A stretch of 62,018 nucleotides of DNA, filler included. It is 7 parts of 7 records of this genome, joined end to end, with 100 filler letters (N's around TTAATTAATTAA, not from the genome) between each part and the next. Parts side by side here need not be neighbours in the genome. Positions count along the whole stretch, not along the records: positions 1 to 6,715 come from SRR7504441_9055; positions 6,816 to 16,417 come from SRR7504441_9060; 5 more parts are not named here. One strand, written 5' to 3'. The notes below the pieces were generated by a model. That model had not been told where the DNA came from and made no database searches. It saw nothing but the letters and a program-made list of their open reading frames with translations. A program made the translations under genes and the position numbers. The stretch's first letter is position 1; the number at the start of each line of letters is the position of its first letter. Shown one piece after another: positions 1 to 9,731 of this stretch.

Positions 1-5
1 TTCGT

Positions 6-1394
6 TCATACAACGGATATGGCTGTTTGCGCCTGTGAGCCCATGACTGGTAGAACCGACTGCTTGCTCCACTCATCCGCAACCATGCATTCATCGACAT
101 GCACCACCTTACCCGCATAGTGTTGCGCCTCATCCGGCTCGTTCTGCAGGCTGATCTCGGTCAGCCTCCGATAGAGCTCCTCAACGATTGTATGCTCAGC
201 CTCCCAGCAGCTGTAGCTCGTGCCCCACTCAGACCAGTCGAGCCCTCTTTCAAGCTCAATGGCCGCCGCCACCCTCCGTGCACTCTCGCCTGGCACCACC
301 GCCGTGCGCATCGCCCGCAGCACAGCGTGGACAAACACCGACGCGTGAGACGCCATCAGGTCGTGCCCTGCTCCACGCAGCACGTAGCACTGCGTAGGCA
401 AGAGGTGCGCCAGCAGGCTGCCATGGTGCTCGGGAACGAGAGGGTCTTGTTCTCCGTAAACAAGCCCAACTGGCACTCTGAGCGACAACAGATGACTCAG
501 CATGGGCTGAGAGCACCACAGGTGAGTGCAAGACATCTCGGTCACCTGTGCATGCATTGGGAGTCGATCCGGCATCGCAAATATCTGATAAGTTGACAGC
601 GCAAACAGCAGCCAATTCTCCTCACCAGCCGCATACAGGCTAATCAGCCGACTAAACACCCACCAGCCACACCCTCCCGCCGCCTGGAGCAGACTGAGCG
701 ACTTGAAAAACAACCCGTAATACGCACTGGCCTCACTACTGGTTGGCAGCATCCCCGCTGGCGCCACCAGAACCACACTCTGTATCAACTCTGGCCGGAG
801 GTGTGCAGCGGCCACAGCGCAGTACCCGCCAAACGAGTGCCCGACCAGAACAACCTTTCGCCGGTCGCAACTGGCCTCGATCACCTGCGCGATGTACTCG
901 CCCAGGAAGCCTGCTGGGTCGGCCATCTGAGCGGCCGTCTCGGTGTCGCAGTTGCCAAACCCGGGCAGATTGACTGCCACCGTCCAGATTCCGAGCTGCT
1001 CAGCTTGCCGAATCAGCCCGGCCCAGGTGCACATGCTGTCCGTTGCCAGCCCGTGCAAGAGCACCAGCACCGGGCCCGACGCCCCCCTGGCCGGCCGGGT
1101 GAGCAGCACGTGCGCTTCCAGCCCGCAGGCTAGCGGCAGACTGGCCGCGGTGGTGTGCTCGAATCGCCGGTCGATCCAGCGCTGTTCCAGGGCGCGTAGC
1201 TCCGCCCTCGAGATGCTCTTGGGCGCCCAGTCGGGCAGCGGCCGGCAGCACGAGAGCGCCAGCAGTGCCGGGAGCGCCAGCAGCAGCAGCGGGCAGAGCA
1301 GCAGCAGCAGCAGCCCCAGCCCGATCCACCAGCCCAGCGCGCACAGCCCCACCCCGCACTGGCAGCCGGGATCCCGGTGCAGCGGGTGCTGCAT
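6..1394 (-). CDS. Alpha/beta hydrolase (ABHD4/5-like lipase/esterase) with N-terminal transmembrane segment
   Basis: LVLLHG oxyanion region, VNLPGFG, nucleophile elbow GHSFGG, LVAPAG, YGEQD and AGH triad candidates; hydrophobic N-terminus; apparently intronless; start taken at MQHPLH. Confidence 0.85.
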   Translation of the reverse strand: MQHPLHRDPGCQCGVGLCALGWWIGLGLLLLLLCPLLLLALPALLALSCCRPLPDWAPKSISRAELRALEQRWIDRRFEHTTAASLPLACGLEAHVLLTRPARGASGPVLVLLHGLATDSMCTWAGLIRQAEQLGIWTVAVNLPGFGNCDTETAAQMADPAGFLGEYIAQVIEASCDRRKVVLVGHSFGGYCAVAAAHLRPELIQSVVLVAPAGMLPTSSEASAYYGLFFKSLSLLQAAGGCGWWVFSRLISLYAAGEENWLLFALSTYQIFAMPDRLPMHAQVTEMSCTHLWCSQPMLSHLLSLRVPVGLVYGEQDPLVPEHHGSLLAHLLPTQCYVLRGAGHDLMASHASVFVHAVLRAMRTAVVPGESARRVAAAIELERGLDWSEWGTSYSCWEAEHTIVEELYRRLTEISLQNEPDEAQHYAGKVVHVDECMVADEWSKQSVLPVMGSQAQTAISVV

Positions 1395-1601
1395 TGAGCC
1401 GCTCACAGCACGCACGCTCAATGCAGCACGGTGTGCACAGCACGCACGCTCCGGCCCTCCGGCCACCGCGGCCGAGCAAAGTCGAACTCACTCAGCAGCG
1501 CCGCGGCCGTTGCTGGCAGCACCAATCAAGGCCTGTGCCTCTTGGACGCCCGAAGGGAGTTGAATCACACGCTCGAAGGAGCCGCTCGAACAAGGCAATC
1601 C

Positions 1602-2241
1602 ATGGTCCGCCCTCTGCACCGCAAGCCGGCGCTGACCCTTGCGTGCTGGCAGGAAAGAGTCGCCTATCTGATCGCGCTCGCCCTGGCCGCCACTATGATA
1701 GCCACCGCCTCCGAAGCCCCGCTGTCGGAGGAGCGCATGGAGGCTATCGTCCCCGAGAGCGCACCGGAAGCCGTGGCCGCACAGAGCGGAACTCTCCCGA
1801 CAGCCGGCCCACAGAGCGGAGCCCAACCGGCCCGTCAACCAGCCGACCTGGCGCGGGTGGCGCAAAATCTTCCGGGCCACCGAATGCTGGTGCGCCAGCC
1901 TCGGGAGCTTTGGCTGGAGCAGGGGTAGGCGGAAGAATTGCTTGAGCGCCGCGCGGAGGCTGTTGGCTCCAGGCCGGCAGGGACGACCGAGCTGGCCCAA
2001 GTATTGACCCGTAGCGGTCGCCGTACTAATGCACTGCATTCAGGTGCTCATGCAAAAAGCCCGGCGCAGACGGAGACGGCGGACACACAAGCACGTACGG
2101 CCCCCGCCCCCGCCCCCGAAGACGCGGCGGCGACGCGATGGGAGAAAAAGGGGCGCGCCATGCGAGAACTCATGGCAATGCCAAGGCAACTGCGTCAAAT
2201 GGCCGTGGGGTCCTTACGGCTATAAGAAGTCGTGCTACTAG
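1602..2241 (+). CDS. Secreted pre-pro-peptide with C-terminal 4-Cys peptide (spliced)
   Basis: Removing introns 1605-1652, 1925-1972 and 2001-2043 gives an open frame MERVAYLIALALAATMIATA-SEAPL...TTELAQVLMQKARRRRRRR...DGRKR-GAPCENSWQCQGNCVKWPWGPYGYKKSCY*. Confidence 0.7.
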
Positions 2242-2584
2242 AGGTTAGACGGTCAGAAATAGGACGATTCAAGGGTGTACGGCATAACAAGGTACATGCT
2301 CATGATTTGACCAAACAAGTACGGTGTTCGCTCGTTGGATTTCGTTGGATTTCATATTCGGAGTCCGAATATTTGATATGATTAACATCGATTGATTATA
2401 TAGATATTTCAAATGAGGCTTGTTCGAAGTGTATGGCTCAGCATAGCATAGCACACCGTTGAAATGCCGTATTCTATGCATCGGGTTCTGCTTACGCGCC
2501 TGTACCCACGAGAGTGACGAGACCACCGAGACCCCAACCGCCGGCCTTCATCCACGTCCCGGTAATAATAAAACAGAGAGAGGG

Positions 2585-3221
2585 ATGCCGCTCTGCAGCG
2601 CAGGGTTGCCGTTCCGGCCCAGGCGGGAGGCGGCCCAGGCGGCTCGCTGAGCCAGGCGGGCAGGCCGCGGCGGGCCCGTCACGACCGCTACCAGCTCGGC
2701 CCGTCCCCTGGCGACCTTCGGCCCACCCTGAAGCTGCTGGAGGATCTGGAAACCTGGAAGGCCCAGAAGCACCAAATCGAGCGGCAGGTTGTCCCACCCC
2801 GGCCAGGCTACCAACTGACCGACCGGAAAGGCCAACCCATCCATGCCTGTCAACGGGCTGCTGCCAGTCCAGCCGCCCTGCCGCCGACTGCAGGTTGGTT
2901 AGGTCCCCCGGCAACTTGAGCGGCCACACGGCAGATGTCGGCTCTTCAGGCCGCGGCCAGCGCCGGGCGGGGCAGCGCGGTGTCTGTGCTGCTCAATCAC
3001 TGGAACGCAGACGCTACCGAGCTAGACCGGGTGGCCCCGGGGGGGGCACACACGCTCACTCGCGGCAGTGGGGGCGGCGCACCGATGAGCTTGCCGCGCA
3101 CGCCGGATGCTTGGAGCTCCGGGGCACCCTGCGGCGATGGAAGTGAGTGGGTTAGGCCGGCAGCGGTTGAGGCTGCCACAGGCCCAAGCTCATGTTGTCG
3201 CCCTACGACCGGTTCAGCTGA
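2585..3221 (+). CDS. Small ankyrin-repeat protein (about 5 short introns)
   Basis: Spliced product contains MSALQAAASAGRGSAVSVLLNHWNADATELDR|WGRRTDELAAHAGCLELRGTL, which fits the ankyrin consensus; intron 3031-3068 joins DR|WG. Confidence 0.65.
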
Positions 3222-3363
3222 TGAAGCTCGATACTTGCACTGTACATTTTACATAATTATCAGGCGTCCGTAATCATACGATACAAAGACAACTTATAAC
3301 ATCAAAAGGCACTTCAACAGCTAGCGCGTAAACCGCCTGCGGACGCTCTCTTTACGGACGGAC

Positions 3364-4844
3364 TTATTGTGCATGGACCAACGCCGGCGCTTTTGCCTCC
3401 GGGTCCCATCGCACTGACCCCTTGCCGCGCAAGATCCCGTCCACAGCCGGCCCCACCAGCTCCAGCTGCCACTCAGCCAGCCCGATCGGCTCGCCGGCCG
3501 CCGCCGCCTGCAGCTGCTCCCTCGAAGCGAGCAGCCTGGGTGAGATGCCATGCTCCGCCGCCACCGCTTGCACGGCCGCTTCCAATAGCATAATCAACCC
3601 CATCGGCTGCCGCCGCCTGCCGAGTAGCCGGCCCAGCTCCTGCTCCAGCTCTCTCTCCTGCCGTTGGCTCGCCCACGGCATCCGACGGGGCACACCTCAT
3701 CCGCCTTGGCCATCGCTATCCCGACCGCTATGCAATCAAGCAGCTGCCCGCCCATCCTGGCCCTCGCGGCCTGCTTGAGCCCACCGCACCCGTCCAGCCC
3801 CTCCCAGGTCTCTGGCCGCTGCCCCCGGCTCAGCCGATCGGTCGACCAGTAACACCTGATGAGCGAGCGCCGCTATTGTATCGTCTGAGAGCAGAGCACG
3901 AGGGTGCAGGTTGCGAGCCACCGAGCGCTTCTCGCGCCAACCCGCCAGCTGCTGAGCGCAGTGGACCCCCGGGTGGTCCAGCTTCCTCAGCGCCCGCAGA
4001 GGCAACTGCTGCCAGGTTTTCTTAGGGTCCGGCGAAGATAAAAGCGCTTCCTCGCCAAACCTGTTAGCCATCTCCAACTCAAACCAGCGCTGCCACCGGT
4101 CAGCCCGGCCACCGGAGCCAGCACCTGCCGCTCCGGCTGGGCGGCCAGTTTGTCGGCCAGCAGCTTGTGCAGCGCCAACAGCTGCTCCACGTCGCCGATC
4201 GCATACTCGAGCATCTCCGGGTCCAGAGGCCGCTTAGCCCAGTTACCCTGACTCTGCCCCACGGATCACCCCCCTCTTCGGGGGGGGGGGCACCCATCGC
4301 TTGTCCAGGGTCTGTCCGAGCTGCTGCTGTATCAAGTCGGCAAGACCGATTGAGTCGCCAAGCCCTAGAACGTCCGCCGCTAGCTGAGTGCAAAACCCGT
4401 TGGCCGGCAGCCGGTGGCACGCGCGGTGGATCAGCTTGAAGTCCTGCTGTGGCGCGTGCGCGATCAGCAGCTCTGCCTCGCACAGCTGCCCCTCCGTTCG
4501 CCGGGCCAGCTAGGCCCTGAGCGCCTGCTGGAGCAGCGGCGCTACAGCGGCAGGGCTTCCGAAGGCCTGGACGTCTAGCACCGCCTGGAGATCCCGGGTG
4601 GCGATCTGGGCTGCGGGCTCAGTGGCTGGCTGGCCCCGGTCACCTGAACTAGTTGGAGCTCCGGCACCCGCCGAGGGAAGCTCACGAATTCCGTGTCCAC
4701 AGCCACAGGCCCCCTGGCCGACAGCGCCGACTCCAGACGGGCCAGCCCGGCTGGGGAGTCCACCAGGTCGAACCCCGCCGACGCAGCAGCCCGGCCGCGC
4801 GACCACCGGGCCCCAGCCAACCGGCCCAGCCCCGCTCGGAGCAT
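3364..4844 (-). CDS. rnd: Ribonuclease D-like 3'-5' exonuclease with HRDC domains, probable organellar targeting peptide
   Basis: ExoI VAVDTEF, HAPQQDF, NWAKRPL..LEYAIGDV, HRDC-like LAGWREKRSVARNLHPRALLSD, C-terminal AAEHGISPRLLASREQL..WQLELVG; about 6 short introns; Arg-rich N-terminus MLRAGLGRLAGARWSRG. Confidence 0.85.
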
Positions 4845-4935
4845 GTGGGCGAGTTTTACGGACTTTCATCAACTCGGTTGGGTTTTGGAGTTGGACTGGG
4901 CGCTTGGGAGCTGCTTGGACCGCCGGGCTGGGGCA

Positions 4936-5244
4936 ATGGCGGGGTATGTCGGGGTGTACATTGCGGTCTCGATAACGATCGGGCTCATCGGGCTAGTGGC
5001 GTGCTTGGCCGTACTCGCCGGTATCCGCTCACTGGCGCAGCCCCAGCGGTCCGGCATTCTGCCGCAGCCGATCCCGATGGACGAGCACCCGTCCGAGCAG
5101 CCAGCCGCCCCGACGACCATGGGCGCGCAGGAGCAGCCAGCTGACCCGATGACGCCGACCATGGGAGCCCAGGAGCAGTCGGGCCTCGCTGCAGACCGGG
5201 TGTTCCCCGACGGCTTGCCGAGAGCGGCCGGCGCGCCCGGCTAA
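4936..5244 (+). CDS. Small single-pass membrane protein
   Basis: MAGYVGVYIAVSITIGLIGLVACLAVLAG TM helix; duplicated TMGAQEQ motif. Confidence 0.6.
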   Translation: MAGYVGVYIAVSITIGLIGLVACLAVLAGIRSLAQPQRSGILPQPIPMDEHPSEQPAAPTTMGAQEQPADPMTPTMGAQEQSGLAADRVFPDGLPRAAGAPG

Positions 5245-5579
5245 AGAGGCGGGACAAGGCCGTGGCCGATCGCTAGCCTAGGCACGCTGGGTGGAGTCGC
5301 ATGCATCCGTGAGTGGTTTGAGAATTGCCGCGTGATGGCCCGCGCCGGCAGGTAGCCGGCAGGTAACTGGTCTTCTTGTTCAGTGACCAACGAATAATCG
5401 GGACCTCTCAATAGATTCACTCTACTATATGGGTTGCACTTTAATCGATCCCCCGATTATGCCCCCAAGGGGATTGCGGGCTTTCATTCATAATACGAGT
5501 AGAAAAACTCACGAATACGTGACCGGCTCGGCATACGTACCGTACTCGTACGGAGGCGACTCCACCCAGCGTGCCTAGA

Positions 5580-6715
5580 CTAGCGATCGGCCACGGCCAG
5601 GCAGACCCGGGTCTTGTTCGTCCTGTCCGGCCTCACATCCCGCCTCTCCGCTTCCGCCGGGTGCACACGACAAGCCCTCGCGGCACACCGGATAGGCAGC
5701 CAGCACGGGATATCTCTATCCTCCCAGTCGCCCTGGGCTAGCTGACCGGACCGCCCACACCCCCACACCGCCACCGCCCCGTCCGCGCTGACCGCGGCCG
5801 AGCATTCACCACCAGCCGCTACCTCGACAACTCTCTTGCCTTGAAGCAGCGTGAGTAGCTCCGCACGCGACCAGCGGCACAGCGCGTGTGGACCAGTACC
5901 CAGCCGGCCGTGGCTCGGGTCGCCCATGCTGAACACGGCCGCTCCAAAGGTAAGCACCACCGTGTGAGCAGTCCCGGCAGCCACTTGTTCTATCCGCTCG
6001 CTAGCAACAGCAAGCCTGGCCTCGCCCGGCTGCCAGAGCCACATTCGAACCCTGGTCGGGTTGGGCACCACCCGCCCGTCGGCGGGGTCCAGTCCGCACT
6101 GACCGGACGGGTTGTGCCCCCAGCACCAGAGCGCGCCATCCATATCTACCATGGCGGAGTGCCTCGCACCGGCCGCAATCCTCACACCACGCGGCACACC
6201 AGGCACTGGCACCGGCTCCGGCGCCAGCTCGACGCCCCCAAGCCCGAGCTGCGGCCCTTGCCCGCACGCGTAGACTTGTCTCATGTCATCGAGCAGCAAA
6301 GAGTGCACTGAGCCAGCTGCGATCTGCATCACTGAGCGCTTCATCGGAATTCGGCGTGGCACCAGCGCCGGCCCGGGGATCCCGAGCTCCCCGTGCTGCC
6401 CGGGCCCCCAGCCATACGCCACGCCGTCTCGGCCCAGCGCCAGCGAGTGGTGCGCGCCGGCCGCGACAGCAACGGCCTCTAGCTTCCAGCCAGCCACCGA
6501 CTGGAGCGGCGCGGGCGTGTGCAGGTCACAGACAGTCGCGCCCTGGCCCAGCTTGCCCGGGGGCGAGCCCTCGACCAGCTCGCCCAGCGCCCCGCCCCAG
6601 CTGAACACCCCACCCGAGGCGTCCACCGCTAGTCCATGAGAGCTGCCAGCTGCCAGACTGAGCACGCCGCCGACGCCAAACTCTCGCACGGCCTGCAGCC
6701 CCGACCCAACCGCCG
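5580..6715 (-). CDS. RCC1-repeat beta-propeller protein (5' truncated by gap)
   Basis: Repeated AAGxxHSL..G.vy.WG....GQLG units. Confidence 0.9.
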
Positions 6716-6815
6716 NNNNNNNNNNNNNNNNNNNNNNNNNNNNNNNNNNNNNNNNNNNNTTAATTAATTAANNNNNNNNNNNNNNNNNNNNNNNNNNNNN
6801 NNNNNNNNNNNNNNN
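6716..6815. other. Artificial contig spacer (N44-TTAATTAATTAA-N44)
   Basis: Identical 100-nt spacer occurs six times; the linker has stops in all frames. Confidence 0.98.
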
Positions 6816-7453
6816 CTGACCTGTGGGCGTGGGAGAGCGGGTCATCAAGCCATGAGTCTGGCATCAGAGCGAAGCACTCGTCGCACGACAGCCCCTCGAC
6901 GTGCGCCGTTTCGGCAAACACCACGCGATACATGGCCAGTGCCGCCTCGGCGAACGCTTCGAAATCGTAGGGCAGCACCTGGTGCGGCTATCCCAACGCC
7001 CGGCCCTGATGGCGCCTTTATCCGCGGGCAGAGCCGGCGGGCCTCCTTCATCCACATCCCGGCCCGCACCCCATACTCGCGAGCCGGATACCTGCCCAGG
7101 TAGCTCGCAAGCCGGCCTGGCCGCAGCGCACGAGGCACAGGACACTTCGCCGCTGCCCCAGGCCACAACCAGCGGGTCCGGCCGGAGCTCCGGTCGCTCC
7201 CGCGTAGCCACGGAGGCGAAGAAGCAATCCATGTCGATGTGGAAGAACAGCTGGCCGCTCCCGGCCGCCGGGGTGGGCGGGGGCTCCGGCAGGGTGCCGA
7301 TGAACTCCTCGTACCTGACGCCGGCTCAGCCCGGGCCCGGCGGCCAGCCGACCGGTCCTTCCAGGTGCCGATGAAGTGCAGCCGGCTGTGCGCGAAGAAG
7401 CTCTCCATGAACGCCGGGTCCGTCTCCGTGGTCCGCACCGGCCCCGGCTCCAT
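6816..7453 (-). CDS. REV1: REV1-type Y-family DNA polymerase (3' truncated by gap)
   Basis: FFAHSRLHFIGTWK (REV1 N-digit), FHIDMDCFFASV, EVSCASYPAREYGVRAGM, LPYDFEAF, EGLSCDECF; introns at 7315-7352, about 7096-7135 and 6979-7015. Confidence 0.9.
7315..7352 (-). other. 38-nt spliceosomal intron in REV1, near-identical to the EB1 intron
   Basis: gtcggctggccgccgggcccgggctgagccggcgtcag; removal restores KDR|YEEF..HIDMD frame. Confidence 0.85.
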
Positions 7454-7543
7454 CGACACCCAGAGGAGGCACAGTGCCACAGCGGCGCGTTGCCGTTGAA
7501 ACCTGAAATCAGCTGGCCGTTCGGCCTGTTCGGTGGGCTCCGC

Positions 7544-8329
7544 ATGGGGGGGAACTGCTCTAGCTCTAGAGAGGCGGCCCCGGCGCTCGAGCTGGTGGCC
7601 GGCCGGAGCAAGTACGGCGCTGGCGGGCAGTACTGCGGAGGCAATCCACGCCACGCCTTCGGGCACAACCGGGAGAGCCTGATCGGGCTAGTCCTGTTCC
7701 AGACCGAGGCGCAGTGCTGCCGGCTCGAGTGCCGGTACAGCTTCGCCTTATCCTCCGGGCATGGGCACCTGGACCGCGAGTACAACGGCCGCTGGATCAA
7801 AGTGGCTGCGATAAGCAGCCCCGGCTCCTCCAAGGCCGGCCACAAGCTCGGCAAGCCTCTGACGTACTATGTGGTCTTCACTCACGCGCAGGACTTTGCG
7901 GCTCAGACCGGGACCCCTGGGCCACTGAAAGCGCTGGACAAGCCGAGCTTGGTGAAGCTGACGGTGCTGCGGGGACGCGTCATCTTGGACCTAGCCGACA
8001 GCCTGCCGAACGGACTTCTGAGCCAACATTCGCAGTCGGCCGTAATGAACAGTACGACCGCACTAAGCGACGGCACCCCCGCGTTGTTTGACAACGCGGC
8101 GGTGCACGCGGACTTGATCGACGCCAGCCCGGATACGCACAGGAGAACCACCGCACAGGATGACCACGATTCAGTCTTGGTCGAAGCAAGCCCTCTTGGA
8201 AGAGGGCCAGCACATGTGAGCGACCAAGAGGGCTTGCTTGGGCGACCCACGAACCAAAGGGTGACCATACCAGCCAAGTTCCCTATGGACTTGGGTGCAG
8301 CTGCCACCGACATTTTCTGGATAAACTGA
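7544..8329 (+). CDS. Hypothetical protein with N-terminal acylation motif
   Basis: Intronless ORF starting MGGNCSSS (Gly2 myristoylation, nearby Cys), followed by an AT-rich spacer. Confidence 0.65.
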   Translation: MGGNCSSSREAAPALELVAGRSKYGAGGQYCGGNPRHAFGHNRESLIGLVLFQTEAQCCRLECRYSFALSSGHGHLDREYNGRWIKVAAISSPGSSKAGHKLGKPLTYYVVFTHAQDFAAQTGTPGPLKALDKPSLVKLTVLRGRVILDLADSLPNGLLSQHSQSAVMNSTTALSDGTPALFDNAAVHADLIDASPDTHRRTTAQDDHDSVLVEASPLGRGPAHVSDQEGLLGRPTNQRVTIPAKFPMDLGAAATDIFWIN

Positions 8330-8532
8330 GACATGAATAATGAGATGGTAGTACGACATGCATAATTATGTACCGGCAATGATGGTAGCGTTTTTCAAAT
8401 TTATTTAAACCATTTTAATGCGTGAATGAAACCTAGCCTGGGCATTAGATATGACAGAGCCGGTGATAGAGTCCAGCCCGAAAACCATGCTCAACTATCA
8501 CGACCACGCCCTGACGCCTGGCACTATTTGCC

Positions 8533-9607
8533 TCAGTTGGTGATGCTAATATCCGCACATGCAGACCAGACCTGGGCGCTGAACTCGCAGTCCCAACGGA
8601 ACCCGAGCACATACTCGCCCGGCGCCAGATTGTCGGGCACCTTCAGATAGTCGTACATGGTGATATTGGAGATCCACTCGCCCGAGCAAATCCCCTGTCC
8701 GAGCACCTCCGGCTTGGTCGGGTCGTAGCAGGGCGGTGCGAACGGATAGCCCATAGTCTGCAGCCCGGGGCCGCCCCTGGTCATCGGGATCGGCAGCATC
8801 TGCCATGTGCTGCCGGCGGGGAGAGTGCCTTCCGATACGAAGGTCGAGTTCAGGTCGAGCATCGTTCCATTCGACATCATCATCCGCGAATTGCCTGCAA
8901 ACGGGACCGGCGTCTGTTGGAAGCACGCCTCGGTCAGCTCCTCGCCCAGCTTGCAAAGCCGGAATTGCCATCCGCCGCCGTGGTTCGCCCGGATGCTCCA
9001 TCGAGTCTCCACCACAGACCCCGCCTTCCAGACCGCTCCAGACGGCTGTTTCGGGAGCTGCGAGCCCTTGTCGCCCATCTTGGCGTATTTGGTTTCGACG
9101 TAGTACCCCTCTCCGGGGGTGTTGTGGGTGGAGCCCGATGCCAGGCCGCAGGCGTCAAAGACTGGGGCGCTGCCCGGTGCGCGCCACGGATTGAACTTTG
9201 TCCAGTCTTTTTCTGACCCGATGCAGTCGCCCACGCACTCGCGGTTGGTGGTGCGGAGGAGAGGATCGTTGACGGTGGCGTTCATGCCGCTTTTGCACCG
9301 GTCCAGGCTATTGGGGTTGGCCCCCACGGGCTTGCCGTTGATGACGCCCCCGTCACACTCCTTGCACCCGATTGAGCAACCTACCCCCATCCAGAGGCAG
9401 GTCTGGCCGATGTCGCACACGTCAGTCCCGTTCCGGCATGCACAGGCCCGCTTGTCCACGTTCCACCGATCGTCCCAGGTGGCGACGCCGGCCGCCAGCC
9501 CAGCGGGGATCGAACCTGTCGATGGCGTTCCGGGGGATGGGGTAGATCAGGTTGCTGTGCCCGCAGGCCATGTGCGCGAGGAGCAAAGACGCCAGGATGA
9601 GTTGCAT
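8533..9607 (-). CDS. Secreted lytic polysaccharide monooxygenase-like copper protein (frame discontinuity near 9490)
   Basis: Signal peptide MQLILASLLLAHMACG followed by His1 (HSNLIYPIPRNAID), RANHGGGWQFRLC, GEYVLGFRWDCEFSAQVWSACADI; Cys-rich insert. Confidence 0.8.
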
Positions 9608-9731
9608 GGCTCGGATCATGATCATCAGCTGTGCGGATGGCGATCAAGACCTCTAACGGATCCGCAGTCGCCCTATTTTTATCGATAACGTCTCACAGCG
9701 GGCAGCGCCTTGAGAGCAGCGGGGCGCAGCC

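Noticed and set aside
4269-4290. C-run/G-run hairpin as an intrinsic terminator or G-quadruplex
   Set aside because: It lies within a 40-nt RNase D intron of a eukaryotic gene and has no U-tract
6716-6815. TTAATTAATTAA flanked by N runs, repeated six times, as a biological repeat or nanochromosome boundary
   Set aside because: Exactly 44 N + 12 + 44 N each time with stops in all frames: an artificial concatenation linker
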